Shown here piece by piece: positions 1 through 6,086 of a stretch of DNA of 6,088 nucleotides (position 1 is the stretch's first letter; each line of letters starts with the position of its first letter). The notes beneath the pieces are model-generated. The model saw only the letters and a list, made by a program, of their open reading frames with translations. It ran no database searches and was not told where the DNA came from. Location of the stretch: positions 1 to 6,088 of the forward strand of contig CAYRPF010000087.1 of the NCBI GenBank assembly GCA_964426185.1, given 5' to 3'. The position numbers were made by a program, and so were the translations under genes. The stretch comes from an uncultured archaeon (GTDB taxonomy: Archaea; Asgardarchaeota; Lokiarchaeia; Sigyniarchaeales; Promethearchaeaceae).

Positions 1-2
1 AA

Positions 3-1220
3 ATTCCCATTTCAGATAATGAAGTAAAGGCGGCATTTCAATTTACTTCTTTGATAATCGACGATAATGGTCCAAGAATTACAGGGGATCCAAGCACACA
101 TGCTGCAGCAAAGGAAATAAAGGAAGAATTTCAGAAATACTGCGATTCGGTGGAAGAAGAATCTTTCTCCGTTCATCCAAAAGCATTTCTCGGATGGATT
201 AAGCTGATTGTTGTATTGTATATTATGGCTACCGTTGCATTATGGTTCAAAGTTCCTTTTATTGCAGGAATTCTGATTAGTGTTGGGATTCTTGCTATGG
301 TATTGGAATTTTTTCTATACAAAGAATTTATCGATCCGTTTTGGCAAAAAAAAACAGGGATAAACATTGTGGGAAAAATTGAACCCAAAGGAGAAGTAAA
401 ACAACAAATTTTAATCTCTGGCCATCATGACAGCGCGTTTGTTTTCAACTTTTTTGTTCACCAACCAAAACTTTATCCAGTGCGCATCTACGGAGGCCTC
501 GGTTCGGTCGGGCTGTTATGGATTCTTGCATGGGTTTGGGCAATAATCCAATTAATAAAACAGCAAAATCCGGGATGGACCATAGGAATCCAGATATTTT
601 CAGTAGTATCACTGGTTTTCGTGCTTCAAATGTGGTTTTTTCGCGGAAATAAAGGAACCCCAGGCGCAGGGGATAATCTTATTTCTGTGGCAATTGCCAA
701 TGAAGTAGCAAAGAAAATTGTCGCATTAAGAAAGCAGGGAAAAGGATTAGAACACACACGTATTTTTGTCTGTAGTTGGGATGGTGAAGAAGCAGGATTA
801 AGAGGTGCTCGCGATTTTGCTAAAAAGCATTACAAAGAATTGACAGAAATTCCCACATATAATTTCAATATGGATTGTCCCTATTACTTGGAGGAGTTCT
901 TCTTTATGACTTCAGATATTAATGGATCAGTAAAACTTTCTCAAGAAATGGCCGAAGAATGCGTTGAGATTGCACATTCTCTGGGTATTCCTTGCACAAC
1001 TAAACCAATTGCATTTTTAACTGGAGGCACTGATGCTGGAGAAATGGCAAAAATCGGAGTTAAAGCCACAAATTTAATGGGAATGCCATGGGGAAATTCT
1101 CAACGAGCATCAGTTTACCATACTCCACGAGATACGGTTGATAGCATCGAATCTCAAGCGGTTTTGGGAGCAATGAAAATTTTATGGAGATATATTGTAA
1201 AAAAGGATTCTGAAATATGA
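3..1220 (+). CDS. Membrane-embedded M28 family zinc metallopeptidase (5' end probably outside the window)
   Basis: M28 motifs occur in order: GPR-x-TG, NIVG, SGHHDS (His ligand), GAGDN (Asp ligand), DGEEAGLRG (catalytic Glu and ligand Glu), NMD, GGTD, YHTPRD (His ligand). Two hydrophobic hairpins (about 4 TM) are inserted. The frame is open upstream of the TTG at 51 back to position 3 (IPISDNEVKAAFQFTSL-IIDDNGPR), so the true start is probably upstream of the window. Confidence 0.9.
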   Translation: MPISDNEVKAAFQFTSLIIDDNGPRITGDPSTHAAAKEIKEEFQKYCDSVEEESFSVHPKAFLGWIKLIVVLYIMATVALWFKVPFIAGILISVGILAMVLEFFLYKEFIDPFWQKKTGINIVGKIEPKGEVKQQILISGHHDSAFVFNFFVHQPKLYPVRIYGGLGSVGLLWILAWVWAIIQLIKQQNPGWTIGIQIFSVVSLVFVLQMWFFRGNKGTPGAGDNLISVAIANEVAKKIVALRKQGKGLEHTRIFVCSWDGEEAGLRGARDFAKKHYKELTEIPTYNFNMDCPYYLEEFFFMTSDINGSVKLSQEMAEECVEIAHSLGIPCTTKPIAFLTGGTDAGEMAKIGVKATNLMGMPWGNSQRASVYHTPRDTVDSIESQAVLGAMKILWRYIVKKDSEI

Positions 1221-1240
1221 ATCCCATAATTTTTTGAGTA

Positions 1241-2323
1241 ATGAACCATAATCTGAGCCTAGTTATGAATATTTGGATGGGGATTGGAGCACTTTATATT
1301 TTCGCACTTGGAATTCTTTTACTCTGGCATGTAACTCGCCATTGGAATGATATTGTGAAGAAAAAATTTCGAATATCTGAATTGTTTGTTGTTGCCCTTT
1401 TTTTCTTTCAAGGGATACAAATATTCACTCTTTTTCACAATTCTGACTCTGAATCAATCCGTTGGCTTTCAATTTTTTTCTGTTCTCTTTTATTTCTGGA
1501 ATTTGTTATATTATTTGGAGGAAACATTTTACCCAATATCATTAAACAAAGGAAAAATCCACAATTTCGAGCAGAGTATACCTATTATCATTTTTTAGAC
1601 CAAATGGCACAAACTAAGACAAAGATTAGTAAAAAATCGTTGCTCTTCCGAGATTTAAGCAGAAAAGGTCTCCATTTTATTCAATTTTTAGGCGTGGTAT
1701 TAATTTATTGGTTATCAATTGCTAATTATCCCTACAGAATTTTAATTGGAATTGAACCAGATGAATTTCGAAATTTTTTCTTTTTCTTGATTAGTGCATT
1801 ATTTTGGATTATGATGATGATTGGTGATATTACCCGTATGGAGAACTGGCGCGTTCTTCCAAAATGGGCGTGGAAATGGTACAGTGTCTCTTTGGATTAT
1901 CCTCGGGAATCTTGGACAATAAATGCTGCAACACCCATTCTATTGGCAAATTTAATCTGGACTAATCGAATTTTTCCGATTCAAATACTCTTCATCGCAG
2001 TATGGATATCTTGTATTTCTGATGCAGCAGCAGCCCTGGTTGGAAAATTCTTCGGCCAATATCATTTAAATAAAATAGGTAAATTCCCAGAAAAAACATG
2101 GGAAGGATTAATTGCGGGAATTCTCACTACATTAATAGGAACTGGTGGAATTCTTTATTTCATACCCACTTCATTTCCACCTTTGGCAATCATTATGATT
2201 TTAGGAGGAACAGTGAGTGTATTTGCAATCACAGATTTATATTGCTCTACTTTAAATGATAATATCGTAAACAGCTTAGCCAGTGGAACAGTTATTTGGC
2301 TGATTTTTTTAATTTTTGCATAA
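1241..2323 (+). CDS. CTP-dependent diacylglycerol/polyprenol kinase family membrane protein (SEC59/DGK1/VTE5-like; cytidylyltransferase-like fold)
   Basis: 360-aa polytopic membrane protein with the family motifs RKGLH (RKxxH, R141, nt 1661), SDAAAALVGKFFG (D261, nt 2021), PEKTWEG (KTxEG, K285, nt 2093) and C-terminal NDN. Substrate cannot be assigned from sequence. Confidence 0.85.
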   Translation: MNHNLSLVMNIWMGIGALYIFALGILLLWHVTRHWNDIVKKKFRISELFVVALFFFQGIQIFTLFHNSDSESIRWLSIFFCSLLFLEFVILFGGNILPNIIKQRKNPQFRAEYTYYHFLDQMAQTKTKISKKSLLFRDLSRKGLHFIQFLGVVLIYWLSIANYPYRILIGIEPDEFRNFFFFLISALFWIMMMIGDITRMENWRVLPKWAWKWYSVSLDYPRESWTINAATPILLANLIWTNRIFPIQILFIAVWISCISDAAAALVGKFFGQYHLNKIGKFPEKTWEGLIAGILTTLIGTGGILYFIPTSFPPLAIIMILGGTVSVFAITDLYCSTLNDNIVNSLASGTVIWLIFLIFA

Positions 2324-2355
2324 TAACTTGATCGAATTTAAGGAAGAAATGTTTG

Positions 2356-4044
2356 ATGAGAGATTTTCAAGATACTCCTTGGTGGAAGAAAACTACAGTT
2401 TATCAGATTTATCCCCGTTCTTTTTATGACAGTAATGGTGACGGGATTGGCGATTTGATGGGTATAATCTCGAAACTCGATTACATAAAAGAAACCGGGT
2501 TTGAAACCATCTGGTTTTCTCCGTTCTACGATTCTCCCCAACGCGATTTTGGTTATGATATTCGTGATTATCGAAATGTTGCTCCAGAATACGGAACCCT
2601 GAAGGATGCAGAAGAATTAATTGAGCAAATCCATGTTCGGGACATGAAGATAGTCATGGATATGATTTTGAACCACACCAGCGACGAACACCCTTGGTTT
2701 CTGGAATCCAAAAAAAATCGAGATAATCCTAAAAGAGATTGGTACATATGGCGTGATGGAAAAAAACCGAATGGAAAAGCACCTCCTAACAACTGGATAT
2801 CTCAAATTGGAGGCTCAGGTTGGCACTATGATTCTAAAACGGATCAGTGGTATTGGGCAGCATTTTTACCATTTCAGCCAGATCTAAATTTCCGTAATCC
2901 CGAAGTTCAAGAAGAAATGTTAGATACCATGCGGTTTTGGTTAGATAAAGGAGTTGACGGATTTCGATTGGATATATTGGGTTCACTTTTCGAAGATGCA
3001 GAATTTCGGAATAATCCATTTACCTTCAAACTTTTACCCTCCGAATCCGATCCGGGCATGCTTTTTAGATCGGCCGAAATGACGATAAATCATCCAGATA
3101 CCATTGCATTTACGAAGCGTTTGCGGGCATTAACTGATGAATACTCTCCCGATCGTTTTATGGTAGGAGAAGTATTCGGTTCATACCCAACTATTCGAGA
3201 ATTTTGTGGAACGCCCGATTCTCCAGGAATTCATTCTGTTTTTCAATTTCAAACCTTGGAAACACCATTTTCCTATAAGGGTTTTACCCGATTATTGAAG
3301 GAAAGTGAAAAATGGTTTTCCGAACCATATGTGCCAACTTGGGCCTTTTCAAATCACGATCGCACCCGCAGGATCTCAGTTTTAGGCAATGATATAAGAA
3401 AGGCTAAATTAAACGCATTTTTCCAATTGACGGTGCGTGGGGTTCCTTACATTTATTATGGAGAAGAAATCGGTATGAAACAAGTCGATATACCCTTTTC
3501 AAATGCTCAAGATGGTCTGATATCCAAATTCCAAAAATATCCATCATGGATGTTGAGTTTACTGCAAAAACTTACCACCGGAGCGATTAACCGTGATGGT
3601 TGTCGAACTCCCATGCAGTGGTCTGCCTCCGAAAATGCAGGCTTTACAGCTCCATCAGTGAAACCGTGGTTACCAGTAGATCAACAATATGCTGAAATAA
3701 ATGTAGAAAAAGTCAGACAGGATCCTGATTCTATTTGGCATTTTTATCATCGAATTTTAAAACTAAGAGAAAAAAGACCGGTATTGGCAGCTGGCGCTTT
3801 AGAAATCTTGAAATCAGACACATTACCAAAAAAAATCTTAGGATATAAACGGTTGAAATTATTTGACAGTCACAGCGAAGAAATGTATATCTTTCTGAAT
3901 TTCTCCAATAAGGAGGTGAAATTCTCAAATATATTTGGAAATTTAAATTTATTGGCATCTACAACGATTCATTCCAATCCTCTTAAGGAGAACAAAATTT
4001 TTCTTAGCGGGTGGGAAGGAATAATAACGGAGAAGATCAAATAA
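2356..4044 (+). CDS. GH13 alpha-glucosidase (oligo-1,6-glucosidase/maltase group), cytoplasmic
   Basis: Motifs WWK, YQIYPRSF, DSNGDGIGDL, GYD, NHTSDEHPWF, QPDLN, GVDGFRLD (nucleophile Asp, nt 2971-2973), MVGEV (acid/base Glu, nt 3169-3171), NHD (Asp, nt 3358-3360), YYGEEIGM and RDGCRTPMQW. Start is ATG 2356 or the adjacent TTG 2353. No signal peptide is visible. Confidence 0.93.
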   Translation: MRDFQDTPWWKKTTVYQIYPRSFYDSNGDGIGDLMGIISKLDYIKETGFETIWFSPFYDSPQRDFGYDIRDYRNVAPEYGTLKDAEELIEQIHVRDMKIVMDMILNHTSDEHPWFLESKKNRDNPKRDWYIWRDGKKPNGKAPPNNWISQIGGSGWHYDSKTDQWYWAAFLPFQPDLNFRNPEVQEEMLDTMRFWLDKGVDGFRLDILGSLFEDAEFRNNPFTFKLLPSESDPGMLFRSAEMTINHPDTIAFTKRLRALTDEYSPDRFMVGEVFGSYPTIREFCGTPDSPGIHSVFQFQTLETPFSYKGFTRLLKESEKWFSEPYVPTWAFSNHDRTRRISVLGNDIRKAKLNAFFQLTVRGVPYIYYGEEIGMKQVDIPFSNAQDGLISKFQKYPSWMLSLLQKLTTGAINRDGCRTPMQWSASENAGFTAPSVKPWLPVDQQYAEINVEKVRQDPDSIWHFYHRILKLREKRPVLAAGALEILKSDTLPKKILGYKRLKLFDSHSEEMYIFLNFSNKEVKFSNIFGNLNLLASTTIHSNPLKENKIFLSGWEGIITEKIK

Positions 4045-4064
4045 ATCTCCGCAGACCACAGATC

Positions 4065-4072
4065 TTTTTTTT
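4065..4072 (+). terminator. Probable archaeal-type oligo-T terminator for the + strand gene cluster
   Basis: T8 run about 20 nt after the GH13 stop (4044), in the 31-nt gap between convergent genes, with no strong hairpin. Confidence 0.5.
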
Positions 4073-4075
4073 CCG

Positions 4076-4957
4076 CTATAATTCTTTCTTAATAATTAAG
4101 GAGCCAATGGGCACGTTAAAGTATGCAGCCACAACCTCGCATTTTGCTTTCAGTAGAAAATACAGCGATCCTTTCGGCCGATTTTCAGATTCATGCGAAA
4201 TACCTTCCAGTGACTCGAAATTACCCTGTCCTTTAGCGAGGATCAAATCGGATGAATGAAATGCTTGAGAAAATTCTGGGGAAACTTCCTCAAAAATCAC
4301 TCCAGGACATGCTGAACCTTCAACCACATTACAAATACTAGTGATCCCGATCTCTTCCGCTTCTTTTAGGGTTATATCATTAATTGCCGGCCCACCCCGC
4401 ACTCCATAAAAAATTCTCTTAGCGGGATAGTGTTTCTTCAGATATTCCACAAAGATTTTATCAAAAACTGCTTCACCGCAATTGTCACCGATGATCATGA
4501 TTTGAGAACTTTTTTCCAAATCCGCTTCAAACTCATCTAAAATTTCATCAGGAATATGAAGCTCGTTTATTTTTTCTAAATCTTCCCATAAATCAGAATT
4601 ATACGGAGCACCAAAATCAATAGTATTCCCAATAATCATAAATTTGACCACCAATTGGAGGGGATCTTGACTTTTAGCTAATTGAGCAGTTAATGAAGGA
4701 ATAAGTTTCAGCACACGGTTGTTATCACGTTGTTTTATTTTTCTATAAGGATCAATCTCATGAAGATATTCAGCTAATGTGTCATACACAATTTTCCCGT
4801 AATATGGAAGTTTGGTTTGATTTTCTTTTATTATTTTCTGCATTACGGCGCGTTGAATATCAATAATTGCATGATTTTCCATTTTAGGTTTCAATTTTCT
4901 TGCATTTTTCAAAACTTGGTTCAATAAACACGGAAAACATTCAGCATGGATCTTCAT
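4076..4957 (-). CDS. DUF89/ARMT1-like damage-control metal-dependent phosphatase (PH1575/AF1104-type subfamily)
   Basis: Motifs MKIHAECFPCLLNQ (N-terminal CxxC), DPY-x-x-IK, GNTIDFG, DNCGE, PAINDIT, KGQGNFESL and LKAKC. The family N-terminus matches ATG 4957 (293 aa), not the longer 5032 start in the ORF track. Confidence 0.92.
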   Translation of the reverse strand: MKIHAECFPCLLNQVLKNARKLKPKMENHAIIDIQRAVMQKIIKENQTKLPYYGKIVYDTLAEYLHEIDPYRKIKQRDNNRVLKLIPSLTAQLAKSQDPLQLVVKFMIIGNTIDFGAPYNSDLWEDLEKINELHIPDEILDEFEADLEKSSQIMIIGDNCGEAVFDKIFVEYLKKHYPAKRIFYGVRGGPAINDITLKEAEEIGITSICNVVEGSACPGVIFEEVSPEFSQAFHSSDLILAKGQGNFESLEGISHESENRPKGSLYFLLKAKCEVVAAYFNVPIGSLIIKKEL

Positions 4958-4982
4958 TCTTATTTTTCTTAAATACACTCCC

Positions 4983-5000
4983 GCATAAAAATTACCCTTT
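4983..5000 (-). promoter_or_regulatory. Possible BRE/TATA promoter for the DUF89 gene
   Basis: The minus strand reads AAAGGGTAATTTTTATGC, a purine-rich stretch followed by TTTTTAT about 28-34 nt upstream of ATG 4957. Specificity is weak in AT-rich DNA. Confidence 0.3.
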
Positions 5001-5050
5001 CTTAATTCTGCCTTCACCCATGAAGCTCCCACAATTATAAAAGGAAATTT

Positions 5051-5066
5051 ATAGAGATTTTAAATA
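5051..5066 (+). promoter_or_regulatory. Probable archaeal BRE/TATA promoter of the 231-aa gene (leaderless transcript likely)
   Basis: TTTAAATA at 5059-5066, preceded by purine-rich ATAGAGA, lies 29 to 22 nt upstream of ATG 5088. No Shine-Dalgarno sequence precedes the ATG. Alternative boxes are TTTATA (5048-5053) and TTATAA (5035-5040). Confidence 0.45.
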
Positions 5067-5087
5067 GAAAGAAAATTTGGTTTAAAT

Positions 5088-5783
5088 ATGAAGACCCAAA
5101 CCCCTCGAAAATTCAGCATAAAAGAAATTCATGCGGCGGGATTGACTTTGGAGCAAGTACGCACTCATAAATTATTAGTGGATAAAAGAAAAAAAGGAAT
5201 GAGTGCTGAAAACATCTCTTATTTAAAATCTCTTGGAATCCCCCCCCAATATACCGGCCCAATCCCTCAACCACGTGTGAAAAAAACACAACTTCCTAAA
5301 CAAAGAAAAGCACACGTTAAAAAGCCAAAACAAGTTACAAAATCGGCGGCAAAACCTGCAGTTAAACCAGTGAAAAAAGCGACTACTAAAACGACAACCA
5401 AGCCTACAACCAAGCCAACCACCAAAGTAACCACGAAACCTAAGGCTAAGGCAAAAACAGAAACTAAGCCAGCACCTAAACCAGTAACCAAAGTTACCAC
5501 GAAACCTAAAGCAAAATCGGAAACCAAACCAGTAAAAGTAGAAGAAAAAAATTCATTTAATAAAATTGAATCAAAATCTCTCGATCCAAAGGTACAAGAA
5601 GCAATCGCCAATATTTTCCAAGATACTCCCCTATTTTCGAAAAAGGCCGATTTACTTGAAGCGATTGAAAAACATACTGCAAAATTAACCGAATTAAAAC
5701 CCGATCAATTATTAAATCGATTGAAGAACGAAAATATAATAAAGTACTCTCGAACAGCCCCTCGAGGATATTCACTCAACTAA
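5088..5783 (+). CDS. Basic three-part protein: divergent ribosomal eL13 (L13e)-like domain, Lys/Thr/Pro/Ala-rich histone H1-like linker, predicted C-terminal winged helix
   Basis: Residues 7-50 (RKFSIKEIHAAGLTLEQVRTHKLLVDKRKKGMSAENISYLKSLG) follow the eL13 core pattern RGFSxxElxxAGlxxxxaRxxgixVDxRRkxxxxENvxxLk without gaps. Residues 61-150 contain 28 Lys, 19 Thr, 13 Pro and only 2 acidic residues. Residues 165-231 show three amphipathic helices followed by a hairpin-like IIKYSRTAPRGYSL. Confidence 0.75.
   Translation: MKTQTPRKFSIKEIHAAGLTLEQVRTHKLLVDKRKKGMSAENISYLKSLGIPPQYTGPIPQPRVKKTQLPKQRKAHVKKPKQVTKSAAKPAVKPVKKATTKTTTKPTTKPTTKVTTKPKAKAKTETKPAPKPVTKVTTKPKAKSETKPVKVEEKNSFNKIESKSLDPKVQEAIANIFQDTPLFSKKADLLEAIEKHTAKLTELKPDQLLNRLKNENIIKYSRTAPRGYSLN
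5379..5438 (+). repeat. Five degenerate in-frame 12-bp tandem repeats encoding xTTK
   Basis: gcgactactaaa / acgacaaccaag / cctacaaccaag / ccaaccaccaaa / gtaaccacgaaa encode ATTK TTTK PTTK PTTK VTTK. Confidence 0.85.
5421..5512 (+). repeat. Intragenic direct repeat with a 66-bp offset
   Basis: accaaagtaaccacgaaacctaaggc (5421-5446) and accaaagttaccacgaaacctaaagc (5487-5512) are 24/26 identical and both encode TKVTTKPKA. The two differences are synonymous. Confidence 0.85.
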
Positions 5784-5816
5784 ATATTGATTACAGTGGA
5801 TTTAGAGAATTAATTA

Positions 5817-5866
5817 TTTTTTTCTTCCCATTTTTATCCGATTTTTCTTAAAAACCAAATTTTTTT
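5817..5866 (+). terminator. Oligo-T terminator region for the 231-aa gene
   Basis: T7 at 5817-5823, two T5 tracts, and T7 at 5860-5866, all downstream of the stop at 5783. Confidence 0.5.
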
Positions 5867-5901
5867 CAAAATTAGTTATCTGCTGAATCAATGATATAAG
5901 G

Positions 5902-5914
5902 AAAAGAAAAAAAA
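5902..5914 (-). terminator. Oligo-T terminator for the Loki-CTERM gene
   Basis: The plus strand aaaagaaaaaaaa reads TTTTTTTTCTTTT on the minus strand, about 50 nt after the stop at 5964. Confidence 0.45.
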
Positions 5915-5963
5915 TCTAAGAAATCAAATATGAGATAGAAATCCTGCATTCTTTCGTTTATTT

Positions 5964-6086
5964 TCATCTGATTTTTCGATATAATATAATCAAAGAGAAG
6001 GCAAAAACACCCAAGAAAATTCCTGAAGAATATCCCGGAATTTTAATACCCCCATTTGAATCATCACTGGTCGTATCATCGGTGCT
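5964..6086 (-). CDS. C-terminal end of a cell-surface protein with a Loki-CTERM-type (IPGY) sorting signal; partial, and absent from the ORF track
   Basis: Manual translation gives ...STDDTTSDDSNGGIKIPGYSSGIFLGVFAFSLIILYRKIR*: a Ser/Thr/Asp linker, the IPGY motif (6030-6041), a TM helix, a basic tail RKIR and stop TGA at 5964-5966. Confidence 0.85.
   Translation of the reverse strand, partial: STDDTTSDDSNGGIKIPGYSSGIFLGVFAFSLIILYRKIR

Noticed and set aside
51-53. TTG start of the M28 peptidase
   Set aside because: The frame is open to the window edge and encodes a plausible N-terminal helix, so the true start is probably upstream.
346-354. A9 homopolymer as a possible slippage or phase-variation site
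   Set aside because: The frame is intact (QKK), and such runs are expected in AT-rich DNA.
173-4259. Short alternative-frame ORFs (173-388, 1386-1598, 2338-2541, 2568-2792, 2617-2805, 2834-3019, 3731-3958, 4011-4259)
   Set aside because: All overlap well-supported genes and have no recognisable motifs.
4958-5032. 25-aa N-terminal extension of the DUF89 ORF from the 5032 start
   Set aside because: The family-typical N-terminus begins at MKIHAECFPC (ATG 4957), and the extension covers the divergent promoter region.
5100-5111. TPRK, matching the S/T-P-x-K phosphorylation motif of eukaryotic H1
   Set aside because: It is a single occurrence outside the basic linker and is expected by chance in a K/P/T-rich protein.
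5379-5512. Repeats considered as a CRISPR array, iteron or mobile-element end
   Set aside because: They are in-frame, degenerate at synonymous positions, have no unique spacers, and have no cas or transposase gene nearby.
5267-5611. 114-aa hydrophobic antisense ORF with GLVV/TLVV repeats that looks like a membrane protein
   Set aside because: It is a reverse-complement shadow of the Lys/Thr/Pro repeat codons and lies wholly inside the better-supported + strand gene.
5557-5775. 72-aa antisense ORF over the winged-helix region
   Set aside because: It lies entirely within the + strand gene and has no motif support.
5784-5963. 180-bp convergent intergenic region with T-rich then A-rich halves, considered as an ncRNA or hairpin
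   Set aside because: It has no GC-rich stem or tRNA/sRNA motifs, and the asymmetry is explained by back-to-back oligo-T terminators of the two convergent genes.
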